From the IMG/VR virus record IMGVR_UViG_3300010048_000029, positions 1 to 33,508 of that record: a DNA stretch of 33,508 nucleotides, one strand, 5' to 3'. Both the position numbers and the translations under genes were made by a program. Origin of the DNA: a virus (lineage: Duplodnaviria; Caudoviricetes). The notes under the pieces were generated by a model. It saw nothing but the letters and a program-made list of their open reading frames with translations, was not told the DNA's origin and ran no database searches. Shown here one piece after another: positions 9,153 to 18,974 of this stretch. Every line of letters begins with the position of its first letter. Position 1 is the stretch's first letter.

Positions 9153-10339
9153 CCGTCCAGGCGTGTGCCTACATCACCTTCGATCCTGGTGGGATCAAGG
9201 CCAAGAAGACCGTCAACACGGTCAAGGTCATGATGACTGAGGGCATGCACGACACCGCCGTCATCACGGTGAGGGGCACAGCGACCGAAGCCCCGGAGCT
9301 ACAGCCAGGCACCCCGGTCTCCATGCAGTACGGCTGGAATCCCACCGACACCGACTGGTTCTTCGGCTATATCGACCACGTCGAGGCCCACTACGACAAG
9401 TCCCTCCCGGACCAGTCCACCTTTGAGGACGTGGTCTGCCTGGGGGCTAGCTACTCGATGAAAGACCCCTACACCGGAGCCTGGCAGGGGGTCCAGGCGT
9501 CGAGCCTGGTGCAGTTGATCGCCAGCACGTACTACCTGTCCTCACTGGTTGAGAACGACGACTACATCTGGCCGCAGCTATCGAACCCCGGTGCTTCCGC
9601 CTGGTCGTTCCTGGCGCAGCTTGCCGCGAGGAATGGCTACAGCCTGGCCTGTAATCAGACCCTGCTGCGCTTCATCTCGACTGACGTCGCGGTGCGCTGC
9701 TACGGCCCCAGCATGCCGATGTTCAAGACTCGTAAGACCGCCACCAATGTGGCTGAGCAAGGGGTGTCATCCTTCCAGGCAACGACGGGGGAGTCTTTCT
9801 TCACACCGGGCGCTACCAGTGCCGTTCGTACCATCGGCGGTCTCGATCTCAATACAGGTCAGATCATCGGTGCGGTGAACGACGGTGAGGATATGACCAT
9901 CCTGGGTCAGACATCGGTCTACCCATTCTTCAACCAGCAGATCTCCGACACGGTGGTCCCCAGTCAGGGCAGCGCTCGCCAGTTCCTGGCCGGCATGGCC
10001 CAGCACAACCGGTTCAACTACCAGGCCAACGCCACGCTCACCGGTATGACCACGGTGAAGCAGGGCACGCCCATCCTCCTCAATGGGATCGACGCCAACA
10101 ACGATGGCGTGTGGTGGGTCCAGGACGTGACTCACAAGATCTCGACGGTGGGCTACTCCATGGATGTGGGCCTAGGCCGTGATTCCAAGGGCGACAGTGG
10201 CATGCGCCCGGTGCAGACGACGGCTGTGGCCTTCTCGCCCCGAAATCCTCTGACCTACGCCATCACCAACGCACCTCCTACCCGACTCGTGAACAACCGC
10301 TGGCGCGCCCAGTTCTCGTCCAATGTCAACGTCAGTTAG
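9149..10339 (+). CDS. Baseplate hub protein (gpD/gp27/VgrG N-terminal-like)
   Basis: [50 protein letters not shown]; start set at ATG 9149 (ATGA overlap). Confidence 0.85.
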   Translation: MTVQACAYITFDPGGIKAKKTVNTVKVMMTEGMHDTAVITVRGTATEAPELQPGTPVSMQYGWNPTDTDWFFGYIDHVEAHYDKSLPDQSTFEDVVCLGASYSMKDPYTGAWQGVQASSLVQLIASTYYLSSLVENDDYIWPQLSNPGASAWSFLAQLAARNGYSLACNQTLLRFISTDVAVRCYGPSMPMFKTRKTATNVAEQGVSSFQATTGESFFTPGATSAVRTIGGLDLNTGQIIGAVNDGEDMTILGQTSVYPFFNQQISDTVVPSQGSARQFLAGMAQHNRFNYQANATLTGMTTVKQGTPILLNGIDANNDGVWWVQDVTHKISTVGYSMDVGLGRDSKGDSGMRPVQTTAVAFSPRNPLTYAITNAPPTRLVNNRWRAQFSSNVNVS

Positions 10340-12131
10340 CCCCACTCCCACCACCGCGCCGGGTGTCTACCCGGCCAAGGTCTACGCCACCAACGATCCG
10401 CTCCATAAGAGCCGGATCCAGATGTACATCCCCCAGATCTATGGGTCGCAGCCGGTCAGGATCTGGGCACCTCCTATCTCCCAGGCAGCCAGCATTCCCG
10501 TAGTCGGCTCTGTGGTCTGGTGCCTGTTTCAGGGTGGCGATCCCACGTACCCCACATACCTGCCTCAGCAGTCCGGTGGGGGTGGCACAGCCGGTCCACC
10601 GGGTCCAACTGGCCCCGCCGGTCAGCCAGGCTCACAGGGACCAGCAGGCCCCTCAGGGGCGACTGGAGCGACAGGAAATGTAGGCCCTGTCGGTCCTACT
10701 GGGCCGGCTGGTGGACCCACTGGTCCCACAGGGCCGACTGGCGCGCAGGGTATCCAGGGCATCCAGGGCAACACGGGATCAGTCGGTCCCACCGGTCCTG
10801 CCGGTCCTCTAGGACCGACCGGCCCCATTGGTCCCACCGGTCCCTTGGGTGGCCCCACTGGACCCACCGGGCCGGCAGGCCCTCCCGGTAGCACTTACAG
10901 CCAGACCATTAACGCTCCCACCATGGCTGGCTCGCCCTATCTGATCACCCACAATCTCAACAACACCGTGCCCATCGTGCAGTTGTGGGACGCGGTCAAC
11001 GGTCAGATGCTCCAGGCCGAGATCACGGTGGTCAACACCAATCAGATCTCGATCACCTTCCGCGTCACCCCACCCAACAGCGTGACCGTGGTGGTGGCGA
11101 ACGGTACCACCGGAGGCCCCGGTCCCACTGGTCCGACCGGACCCACGGGTGCTGCTGGCGTGGCGGGAGTAACAGGACCGACCGGTCCCACTGGATTGCA
11201 GGGCGCGCAGGGCATACCTGGAGTCGCCGGCCCCACTGGGCCTACGGGAGCCACTGGACCCGCCGGTCCCAACGGACCTACCGGTCCAGCTTCGACGGTG
11301 CCTGGCCCTACGGGAGCGACGGGGCCTACAGGACCGACCGGCCCTCTCGGTGGTCCCACAGGACCGACTGGGGTCACAGGACCGACAGGCCCAACAGGCC
11401 CGACTGGTGTGGGCCAGGGAACGACAGGCCCTACTGGCCCCACCGGTCCCACGGGCGCGACCGGGGCTGCCTCGACGGTGACAGGTCCGACCGGCCCGAC
11501 TGGTCCCACAGGTGCCGGTGTCACTGGAGCCACTGGCTCGACTGGTCCCACCGGGCCTACCTCCACCGTCCCTGGTCCCACCGGTCCTGCTGGTCCCACT
11601 GGTGTCGGCGCGACAGGACCGACCGGAGCTACTGGCGCAGCCTCTACCATCCCTGGCCCTGTGGGTCCGACCGGCCCTCCTGGTATCGCTTACCACGCGA
11701 CGATCACCAGCCCGACAGCAGCAGGCTCCCCGTATGCCATCGCTCACAGCTTGAACTCGCTTTACCCCCTGGTGCAGTGCTGGGATGCCGTGAACGGCCA
11801 GTTGATCGCTGCTGAGGTCACGGTCGTTGACGCCAACACCGTGAGCGTGACCTTCCGGGTCACTCCTCCCAACAGTGTCAACGTGGTGATCGGTGCCGGC
11901 GTGGGACAGGCGGGAGGCACTGGCGGGACGCAGACCCTGGGTTACACCTACAGCCAGGCCAGCGCGGCCACCACCTGGACGATCTCTCATCCGCTCAGCT
12001 TCTATCCCAATGTGACCGTGGTCGACTCCACTGGGAATGAGATCTTCCCCGGCAACTTGCAATACCCCAGTAGTTCCACAGTGCAACTGACCTTCTCGGC
12101 TGCCGTAGGCGGCTACGCGTATCTGAGTTAG
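10323..12131 (+). CDS. Baseplate spike (gp5/gpV OB-fold) fused to collagen-like repeats and three small beta domains
   Basis: [21 protein letters not shown]...[20 protein letters not shown]-fold followed by long Gly-X-Y tracts. Confidence 0.85.
   Translation: MSTSVSPTPTTAPGVYPAKVYATNDPLHKSRIQMYIPQIYGSQPVRIWAPPISQAASIPVVGSVVWCLFQGGDPTYPTYLPQQSGGGGTAGPPGPTGPAGQPGSQGPAGPSGATGATGNVGPVGPTGPAGGPTGPTGPTGAQGIQGIQGNTGSVGPTGPAGPLGPTGPIGPTGPLGGPTGPTGPAGPPGSTYSQTINAPTMAGSPYLITHNLNNTVPIVQLWDAVNGQMLQAEITVVNTNQISITFRVTPPNSVTVVVANGTTGGPGPTGPTGPTGAAGVAGVTGPTGPTGLQGAQGIPGVAGPTGPTGATGPAGPNGPTGPASTVPGPTGATGPTGPTGPLGGPTGPTGVTGPTGPTGPTGVGQGTTGPTGPTGPTGATGAASTVTGPTGPTGPTGAGVTGATGSTGPTGPTSTVPGPTGPAGPTGVGATGPTGATGAASTIPGPVGPTGPPGIAYHATITSPTAAGSPYAIAHSLNSLYPLVQCWDAVNGQLIAAEVTVVDANTVSVTFRVTPPNSVNVVIGAGVGQAGGTGGTQTLGYTYSQASAATTWTISHPLSFYPNVTVVDSTGNEIFPGNLQYPSSSTVQLTFSAAVGGYAYLS
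10590..11690 (+). repeat. Collagen-like (Gly-Pro-Thr)n coding repeats in two tracts
   Basis: Degenerate 9-nt repeats ggNccNacN; interrupted by a roughly 70 aa domain at about 10890-11100. Confidence 0.9.
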
Positions 12132-12140
12132 GAGCAAGCC

Positions 12141-13544
12141 ATGCCTGTCTATTACGGTGCCGTCGACCTCAGCCAGAATGAGCTTCGCAACGCCAAGATC
12201 CAAAACCTGGGCAGCGCCCCAGCTTCTCCGACTACAGGCCAGCTTTACTACAACTCCACTCAGAACGTCCTGTATTGGTGGAACGGCACCGTCTGGATCT
12301 CGGCGGCGGGCGCGACCATGTCTGGCACTGTCACCACGCTGGCTATCGGTGGTGCTGCCGCTGCTGGTGTAGCGACCCAGGCCAGTGCCGGCGATCACGC
12401 ACATGGCATGCCCGCCTTCGGTGGCACGGTGGTGGCCGAGACCAGCTACGGCTTAGCCAGCACAGTAGGTAGCGCTGCCACCCTGCCGCACTCAGACCAT
12501 ACTCATGGCTCCCCGGCTTTGACCACTAACAACCCGGTCAACCAGGCCATCGGTGATGTCCAGGCGGTAGGTGTTTCGGCCTTCCCATCTCGTGATGACC
12601 ACCGGCATGGCATGCCTGGGTTCGCCGCCCCTGTTGCTCAGACCTCGTACGGCCTGGCGACTGCCACCGGTAGCGCCGTGACGGTTCCTCACTCTGATCA
12701 TGCCCATGGCACCCCGGCTTTGCCATCGGTGAACACCCTGGCTGCCACCACCGGGGCGCTCAACATGGCGTCGTTCCAGATCAACAACCTGGCTGACCCC
12801 ACCAACCCCCAGGACGCCGCCACCAAGAACTACGTCGACAGCGCCATTGCTGGCCTCTCCTGGAAGTCCCCGGCGCGAGCTACCACCACGGCCAACATCA
12901 CCCTGTCTGCCACCCAGACGGTTGATGGTGTGGCCCTGGTTGCTGGTGACCGCATCCTGGTCAAGAACCAAACCACACAGACCCAGAACGGTGTCTATGT
13001 GGTGGCGGCAGGGGCCTGGGCCAGGTCTACGGACTGCACCACGGGCGCGCAGATCCTCAACATGGCGATTTACATCGAGGAGGGTACTTCCCAGTCGGAC
13101 ACGGGCTGGGTCTTGACCAACAACGCCCCGATCACGGTTGGCTCCACCAACCTGACCTACGTCCAGTTCACTGGGGCTGGCACCTACACCGCGGGCAACG
13201 GCCTCACACTGACGGGCAACGTCTTCGCCGTTGGTGCCGGCACCGGCATCCTCTCGACGGCAGGCCAGGTGGCCGTCGATACCACGGTCATCGCCACCCA
13301 GGCATTCGTCAACACCGCTGTCACGGGCATGGTCAAGAAGTACGCCGCGACTCTAAACGGCTCAGCCTCACCGGAGACCATTACCCACAACCTCAATACC
13401 CAGGATGTCCATGTCATGGTTCACAACAGTGCTAGCCCTTACCAGTTCGTTCAGGTGGACTGGACGGCACCTACTGTCAATACCGTGCAGATCACGTACA
13501 ACCCGGCCCTGGGCGCGGGCTGGCGAGTGACGGTGCAAGGCTGA
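12141..13544 (+). CDS. Tail fibre protein
   Basis: GQLYYNS..LYWWNGTVW; four DHxHG motifs; INNLADPTNPQDAATKNYVD; GDRILVKNQT..QNGVYVV; C-terminal ITHNLNT domain. Confidence 0.85.
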   Translation: MPVYYGAVDLSQNELRNAKIQNLGSAPASPTTGQLYYNSTQNVLYWWNGTVWISAAGATMSGTVTTLAIGGAAAAGVATQASAGDHAHGMPAFGGTVVAETSYGLASTVGSAATLPHSDHTHGSPALTTNNPVNQAIGDVQAVGVSAFPSRDDHRHGMPGFAAPVAQTSYGLATATGSAVTVPHSDHAHGTPALPSVNTLAATTGALNMASFQINNLADPTNPQDAATKNYVDSAIAGLSWKSPARATTTANITLSATQTVDGVALVAGDRILVKNQTTQTQNGVYVVAAGAWARSTDCTTGAQILNMAIYIEEGTSQSDTGWVLTNNAPITVGSTNLTYVQFTGAGTYTAGNGLTLTGNVFAVGAGTGILSTAGQVAVDTTVIATQAFVNTAVTGMVKKYAATLNGSASPETITHNLNTQDVHVMVHNSASPYQFVQVDWTAPTVNTVQITYNPALGAGWRVTVQG

Positions 13545-15166
13545 TGCCCCGCTCCTACGGCATCACCAACATCGCTCCCTACGCGACTGCCCCTGCTGTC
13601 GGTCCTGCCGGTGACTGCTACTACAACACGGCCAGCAAGATCGCCTACCTCTCTGATGGGACAACCTGGAACGCCTGGCAGGGTGCCACGGGTGGTGGAG
13701 GTGGCGCTCCCTATGCTCCGGTGACCGGGACGCCGCCCAACGCAAGCTCGCCCACTATCTCGCCCCCCGAAGGCTTGTTGTGGATCGACCCCACCACCAA
13801 TCCCTCGTGGAACCCCTACCTGATCCCTGGCCCTACTGGTCCCACCGGGCCTACGGGAGCGTCGGTAACCGCCGGCCAGGTGAGCATGCGTGTGTCTCGC
13901 ACTGCGGCCTGGACTATGACCGGTACTCCCACCACTCTGCCCTTCGATAACGTCATCGTAGACACGAACTCAGGTTGGAATGCCGGCACTTCGCAATACA
14001 GGTGCCCTGTGGCTGGGTTCTATCAGGTCACGGTCAACATATTGGTGCAGACCAACACTCTCAACATGACTGTTGGTACATCCTGTCAAAAAAATGGGAC
14101 GGTAACAGCCCAGAACTACTCGCCCTATTATCCGGCGGCTGCTGCTGGTAACCAGTTCCTGTTGTCACAGACAGTGGACACCGTTCAATGCGCTGTTGGT
14201 GACACTATTAACGCCCAGGGTTGGTGTACCCCAGCCGGACAGAATGTCTACGGAGGTGTCGCCAACACCTACATGACCATCGATCTCCTGGCGGGGACCG
14301 GCCCCATCGGCCCTACAGGAGCGACCGGTGCTGCCAGTCCGCTGTACAACATCGGCTACTACCAGACCATCCCGGCTCCCACGGTGGCTTCGTCGCCCTA
14401 CACGGTGCAGCACAACCTCGCCACCACCTGGGTGCAAGTGCAGCTATGGGACGCGGTGACCCTCAACTTGGTCTCGGCTCAGGTTCACATCCTCGACGCC
14501 AACCGGATCCAGATCAGTGTCTCGATCAACATGCCCAACTCGGTCAACGTGGTCGTGCTTGCCACCCCAGCCGCAGCCCAGCCCATCAATCCCGGTGACT
14601 ACGCCACCAAGACGTACGTAGACGCCAGGACACCTAATCTGCCGGCACCCATCACCAGCGGTAGTGGTGTGCAGAGCTTCACGGATGTGTTGGGTCAGGT
14701 CTGGGTGGCAGCCAATGGTGTGAACAGTGGCAACTGGCGGTTAGCCAGGGACGTGCTGTTTTCCCGAATCTTCGCTGCTGCCAACATCGCTCTGACATCA
14801 GGAGCTTTATATCAGTTCGACAGTGTGTCTTCAGACACCTACGGCATGGCGACCACTGGTGCTACAGCCAGGATCACCATTCCCGTAGCTGGCGTTTACA
14901 ACGTCACCGCAATGGTGTCCACCAACACGGCTTTGGTGAGTGCCACTCAGTACGGTCTGACCCTTGATGTCAACGGTTCTGGTCTCTATTACGGCGTGAT
15001 CGCGCCCGCTGGTGGTACAGCCCTCTCATCGTGGGTAGCCGCCTACACGGGAAAGTTCAACGCTGGCGACTACCTACAGGTTTACTGGATAGGTGGCTCC
15101 TTGGCCCAGTCGCAAGGCAATGCAGCGCATAATGGTCTACAAGTCATGTACATGGGGACGGGCTGA
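13544..15166 (+). CDS. Tail fibre / receptor-binding protein with two C1q-like domains
   Basis: LPFDNV..DT.SGWN...YRCPVAGFYQV and FDSVSSDTYG...ITIPVAGVYNV...NAGDYLQV (C1q/TNF-like); short collagen segments; HNL domain. Confidence 0.8.
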   Translation: MPRSYGITNIAPYATAPAVGPAGDCYYNTASKIAYLSDGTTWNAWQGATGGGGGAPYAPVTGTPPNASSPTISPPEGLLWIDPTTNPSWNPYLIPGPTGPTGPTGASVTAGQVSMRVSRTAAWTMTGTPTTLPFDNVIVDTNSGWNAGTSQYRCPVAGFYQVTVNILVQTNTLNMTVGTSCQKNGTVTAQNYSPYYPAAAAGNQFLLSQTVDTVQCAVGDTINAQGWCTPAGQNVYGGVANTYMTIDLLAGTGPIGPTGATGAASPLYNIGYYQTIPAPTVASSPYTVQHNLATTWVQVQLWDAVTLNLVSAQVHILDANRIQISVSINMPNSVNVVVLATPAAAQPINPGDYATKTYVDARTPNLPAPITSGSGVQSFTDVLGQVWVAANGVNSGNWRLARDVLFSRIFAAANIALTSGALYQFDSVSSDTYGMATTGATARITIPVAGVYNVTAMVSTNTALVSATQYGLTLDVNGSGLYYGVIAPAGGTALSSWVAAYTGKFNAGDYLQVYWIGGSLAQSQGNAAHNGLQVMYMGTG

Positions 15167-15585
15167 TGAGTATACAAAACTACGCGCAGAATCAGCCGCC
15201 CGTAAGTATGGGCACCCTGTCTGACTCTAGGGGCAGCCTGGCTGCTAATACCAGTAACGCCATGAATGTCATGGGCACCATTGGTCCCTTCCCCTACGCC
15301 ACCACGGTGTACCTCCTGATGACTGGCAACTACGGTTTCGGTGCTGCCGCCAGCAGCCTCATCCACAATGTTGTACGGACTGATACCAGTGGCAACGTGG
15401 TCTCTAGTGGCACCATGCAGACTGCCGCTGGTGTCAGCTACAACTACTGTCGCCAGGGGTCGGTCAGCCTGCCAGCCAACACACCACTCCCCCTGTCTGG
15501 GCAGGCCACTACTGGGGCGAGCAACTGTTACGTCACCCTGGCGTTGCTCTGGTTCTCTATTCCCCAGTTCTCAGGAGGATACTGA
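15166..15585 (+). CDS. Small beta-rich fibre-associated protein
   Basis: 139 aa, TGATG-coupled on both sides within the fibre cluster; rich in Ser/Thr/Gly/Asn. Confidence 0.6.
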   Translation: MSIQNYAQNQPPVSMGTLSDSRGSLAANTSNAMNVMGTIGPFPYATTVYLLMTGNYGFGAAASSLIHNVVRTDTSGNVVSSGTMQTAAGVSYNYCRQGSVSLPANTPLPLSGQATTGASNCYVTLALLWFSIPQFSGGY

Positions 15586-16418
15586 TGCCGGTCATCAGGT
15601 ACTGGGACGTAGCGCAGGCCAAGTACATCGATCTGCCTGGGCTGCCGGGGGCGGCAGGAGGGCCAGCCTACGCGGACGTGCAGAACACACCGCCTACCGC
15701 GACTTCCCCATCCATCACCCCACCCAACGGACTCCTCTGGGTAGACACCAGCGTCACGGCGACGCAGTTTCAGGGTCCACCAGGCGTGGTGGATCAGGGC
15801 ATCAACAATGCCTCCGACTTGAACACGGTGCAGACGGCGGGGAACTACGGGTTCAACAACACCCCGGCCAACTCCCCACCTATTCCGGCAGGAGCTTTTG
15901 TCCTGGAGACACAGGTGGTTGGAGCGGGTGCCTACATTCAGCAGCGGGCCACCCTTCTCAGCAACCCAGCCTTCATTGCCACCCGTGTCTACAGTGGTGG
16001 AGCCTGGGGAGCCTGGCACTCACCGGCAGCCGGGTTGATTGGCCGTCAAACAGGCCCAGCGTCAGCGGGTACGCCCAGCACTCTCTTGACGGCCACCTTC
16101 TCGACAGTGATCAACCGGCAGTATTTGGTTGCTGCTGCAATGGTGGGTGGTGGTACGGGCGCTTCACCAGCCGGAGCTATTCGTTGGGCTGTAAGCATCA
16201 ATGGATCCGCCACAGGTATGGGTGTGGGTGTCTTCCTGTGGTACGACAATGCCGGCACTCCGACGCCCGTAAGCACTGCTCGTAACATGGCTGGGGCATT
16301 TGGGTTCCAAGCCACAGGCACGTCGACCTCTGTCGTCTTCTCTAACCCAGGCACAGCAAACGCTGGCTCTGTCGCAATCAACAGTGCCATAGTCGAGCTT
16401 TACGATGAGGGAATCTGA
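15585..16418 (+). CDS. Tail fibre protein with pyocin-knob-like domain
   Basis: DLNTVQTAGNY...NSPP...LET....YIQQRAT......TRVYSGGAWGAW; AGGAGG RBS. Confidence 0.78.
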   Translation: MPVIRYWDVAQAKYIDLPGLPGAAGGPAYADVQNTPPTATSPSITPPNGLLWVDTSVTATQFQGPPGVVDQGINNASDLNTVQTAGNYGFNNTPANSPPIPAGAFVLETQVVGAGAYIQQRATLLSNPAFIATRVYSGGAWGAWHSPAAGLIGRQTGPASAGTPSTLLTATFSTVINRQYLVAAAMVGGGTGASPAGAIRWAVSINGSATGMGVGVFLWYDNAGTPTPVSTARNMAGAFGFQATGTSTSVVFSNPGTANAGSVAINSAIVELYDEGI

Positions 16419-17335
16419 TGCCGGCACTTAAATACTGGGACGTGGCGTCGAGCAGCTACATCCTGCTGACGCCTGGCGCGACCACCTTCCCCTTCACCTA
16501 CTACCAGACACTGCCGGCTCCCACCACGGCTGCCCCCTTCCAGATCAACCACAACCTCAACACCATGGTGCCCCTGGTACAGGTGTATGACGCGGTCACC
16601 GGGCAGATGGTGCAGGTTCAGATCACGGTGGTCAACGCCAACTCCATCCAGGTCAGCGTGGGCACCAACATGCCCAACAACGTCAACGTGATCGTGCATG
16701 GCTCGGCCCAGGCTCCGGTACCAGTGGCCCCGGCCAATCTCGCCACCATGCAGTACGTCCAGTCAGTGACTCCGACATTGCCTGCACCGCTCACTTCAGG
16801 CTCCGGTACTCAGAGCTTCACCGACTCCCTGGGCGATGTATGGGTTGCAGCCAATGGTGTGTACAGCGGTGCCTGGAAGCGGGCCAGGGATGCGCTACAT
16901 GCTCGCTGGTACCGCAGTGCCGCGTGGCAGGTTACCGGTAGTATCGGCTCGCCCTTCTGTGACACCAGGCAGTTCGACGCTTACAGTATGTATGGCGGTT
17001 CTTCTACTGGTCTCTACACTGTGCCGGTTGCCGGTCTCTACCTCATCTATGCCGGCTATACCATCGCTGCTCCCGCCGCCACGGGCTACTTCACCAACCA
17101 GATGATCCGTTATGGTGGCCCCGCCCTCACGGGTGGAACGCGAATCGTTCAGACTCAGGTTGGCGTGGCGACGACCGGCACTGGCACCTACATTTACTCT
17201 CAGGTCACTTGGCCGTGCAACGCTGGCGACCAGTTTTGGCAGGAGGCGTATAGCACCTCAGCCGGTTTGCCTTACACCGGTTCGACGGGCGGTAACTTGA
17301 CCTATTTCTGCATCGACTACCTGGGGACGGGCTGA
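16418..17335 (+). CDS. Receptor-binding/fibre protein with HNL domain and C-terminal C1q-like domain
   Basis: INHNLNTMVPLVQVYDAVTG; YTVPVAGLYLI...CNAGDQ; paralogous to the C-terminal half of 13544..15166. Confidence 0.78.
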   Translation: MPALKYWDVASSSYILLTPGATTFPFTYYQTLPAPTTAAPFQINHNLNTMVPLVQVYDAVTGQMVQVQITVVNANSIQVSVGTNMPNNVNVIVHGSAQAPVPVAPANLATMQYVQSVTPTLPAPLTSGSGTQSFTDSLGDVWVAANGVYSGAWKRARDALHARWYRSAAWQVTGSIGSPFCDTRQFDAYSMYGGSSTGLYTVPVAGLYLIYAGYTIAAPAATGYFTNQMIRYGGPALTGGTRIVQTQVGVATTGTGTYIYSQVTWPCNAGDQFWQEAYSTSAGLPYTGSTGGNLTYFCIDYLGTG

Positions 17336-17910
17336 TGACCCAGATCAACTACACCGACTTCGTACCCACACCCCCGCCAGTTACGTCGGGGACCACCATT
17401 CAGACTTTCCAGGATCCCACCGGGGATATGTGGGTAGCCAAGAACGGGGTGGCTAATGGTCAGTGGTTCAGGGCCAGGGACGTATTAAAGTGCTACGCCT
17501 GGCCCACCGCCAACACCACCATAACCCCGGCTAACACCTTCGTAGTGGTTAGCTTGCCCAACCCCGGTGCCTTGAATGACCCGTTCGGTATGGTTGCCAA
17601 CAATCAGATCACCTTACCGTTCAGTGGTGCCTGGTGGCGGGTCAATGCTCTTCTCTGTTCTCCTGTCAGCACTACCGGGGCCAGGATGCTCGCCAGTGTC
17701 TTCAGGAACGGTGGTGAGTCGTTCCGTATTGGCGACATCTGGTTTCTGGCTAATCAGACCGTCGCTCTTGCCGGTGGTGCTGTCGTAAGATGGAACGCCG
17801 GTGACTACCTTGAGCTACGGGTGAACTGTTCCATAGCCACGGCTCAGTATTACTCTAACTACACCTACACGTTCCTTTCAGTCGCCTTCGATGGCATGGC
17901 CGCGGTCTAG
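17335..17910 (+). CDS. Short receptor-binding protein with C1q-like domain
   Basis: Shares the TSG..QTF.D..G..WVA.NGV..G.W..ARD.L module with two upstream genes; WNAGDYLELRV. Confidence 0.72.
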   Translation: MTQINYTDFVPTPPPVTSGTTIQTFQDPTGDMWVAKNGVANGQWFRARDVLKCYAWPTANTTITPANTFVVVSLPNPGALNDPFGMVANNQITLPFSGAWWRVNALLCSPVSTTGARMLASVFRNGGESFRIGDIWFLANQTVALAGGAVVRWNAGDYLELRVNCSIATAQYYSNYTYTFLSVAFDGMAAV

Positions 17911-17922
17911 GATCGGGTCGTG
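17908..17922 (+). promoter_or_regulatory. Putative leaderless promoter TAGGAT-N6-GTG
   Basis: TANNNT hexamer (overlapping the upstream TAG stop) exactly 6 nt before the start codon at 17920. Confidence 0.45.
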
Positions 17923-18261
17923 ATCACCAGCCCACGCCCGGTGCAGCTACAAAATAGCGGAGACATCTACGCGGAGACCGGGCCGACTTATTCCAGCCAG
18001 GAGCTACTGATCACGGCTGCCCTGCGAACGGCCATGATTCCTGGTGACGAGATCGTGGCGACGGTGCGCCCACCCATCCCCACTCTGGCCGAACCCTTCC
18101 CTCCCCGGTACGGCTACGAGGACTACGAGGACCGCCAGGCGACCATAGGTGAGGTGCTGGACATGCCCAACAGCTACCCCAACCAGCGCTGGGATCTTAG
18201 TGGAGGCGTCGCCGGCTGGCAGGGCGCGGCGCGTAACGTAGGGGTTGAGGAGGTGTGGTAG
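17920..18261 (+). CDS. Hypothetical phage protein
   Basis: 113 aa, high-GC3 codon usage, abuts the next gene. Confidence 0.65.
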   Translation: MITSPRPVQLQNSGDIYAETGPTYSSQELLITAALRTAMIPGDEIVATVRPPIPTLAEPFPPRYGYEDYEDRQATIGEVLDMPNSYPNQRWDLSGGVAGWQGAARNVGVEEVW

Positions 18262-18732
18262 GTGGCTCGTGGTGTGCCTGAGGGCATCGGTCCAATCGGA
18301 GACCTGGCTCCCTATGCCCGCCCCATGCACGGTCGCATCGTCGGCCTGGTCCCCGCCCTGCGTGTCCTGGGTGGCCTCGCCGGTCCCCTGGCTCAGACCC
18401 GTGTCAATGCCAGGCAGCGGGCCAAGGACTACAACGACGCCGAGACCACCACGATGGCCGGTCAGTCGGGTGGCAGGCCGGTCAGGACATCCCCCCAAGG
18501 CCCATCAGCCGAAGCGGAAGAGGCGGAATACGCTCGGGCCAAGCAGGCTGGCCGGGAAAATCGGGCCGCTTACACGCGCAACATGGGCACACCCAGGCGT
18601 CCACCTCGACATGCGTGGGGTGGGGAGGCTGAGGCTGAGACTCCCTTCGGTGAGGAGTACCAGCCGAAGCACATGAAGAAGCCACCCCGCAAGACCATGG
18701 ACACGTCTGACATGCGAGATTGGACACCCTGA
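18262..18732 (+). CDS. Hypothetical low-complexity basic protein
   Basis: GAGGAGG RBS; TGATG coupling to the next gene. Confidence 0.6.
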   Translation: MARGVPEGIGPIGDLAPYARPMHGRIVGLVPALRVLGGLAGPLAQTRVNARQRAKDYNDAETTTMAGQSGGRPVRTSPQGPSAEAEEAEYARAKQAGRENRAAYTRNMGTPRRPPRHAWGGEAEAETPFGEEYQPKHMKKPPRKTMDTSDMRDWTP

Positions 18733-18974
18733 TGGCTGAGAACAGAGACCGCAGCATGAACGCCGAACTCATCGACGGGATGGTCGATGGCACCTACAAG
18801 CGGGTCATCCAGAACCGCTCCCTCTACCCTGACCCTGACCGCCGGCTGGAGCGGGCCGACAAGCTGATGCTGAACCACGGGACGAACGGCTTTGGCATCG
18901 CGGAGGCCGCGGCGAAGCGCACCCCGGACGGTCGCTTCACCCACGACGTGGGGTTCCAGCCCCAGCCCACCTGA
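18732..18974 (+). CDS. Hypothetical phage protein (MAENRDRSMN...)
   Basis: Start reset to ATG 18732 (TGATG overlap); also coupled to the downstream gene. Confidence 0.65.
   Translation: MAENRDRSMNAELIDGMVDGTYKRVIQNRSLYPDPDRRLERADKLMLNHGTNGFGIAEAAAKRTPDGRFTHDVGFQPQPT

Noticed and set aside
10590-11690. Possible CRISPR or tandem DNA array
   Set aside because: The repeats are degenerate 9-nt Gly-X-Y codon units with no repeat-spacer structure
460-12131. Bacterial extracellular contractile injection system (eCIS/PVC-like)
   Set aside because: No Afp15-like ATPase or wedge genes are present, and the flanks are densely packed small phage-type genes, so a phage tail is more parsimonious even though no capsid or terminase lies in the window
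10520-12404. Long alternative-frame and antisense ORFs (531, 276 and 202 aa) over the spike gene
   Set aside because: These are shadows of the GC-rich collagen repeat, which lacks stops in other frames
15163-15200. Hammerhead ribozyme core CTGATGAG
   Set aside because: It is a TGATG stop-start overlap, with no stem II or GAAA core downstream
13544-17910. Diversity-generating retroelement or invertase shufflon acting on the fibre tips
   Set aside because: No reverse transcriptase, no near-identical TR/VR pair differing at adenines, no invertase, and all cassettes are in the same orientation
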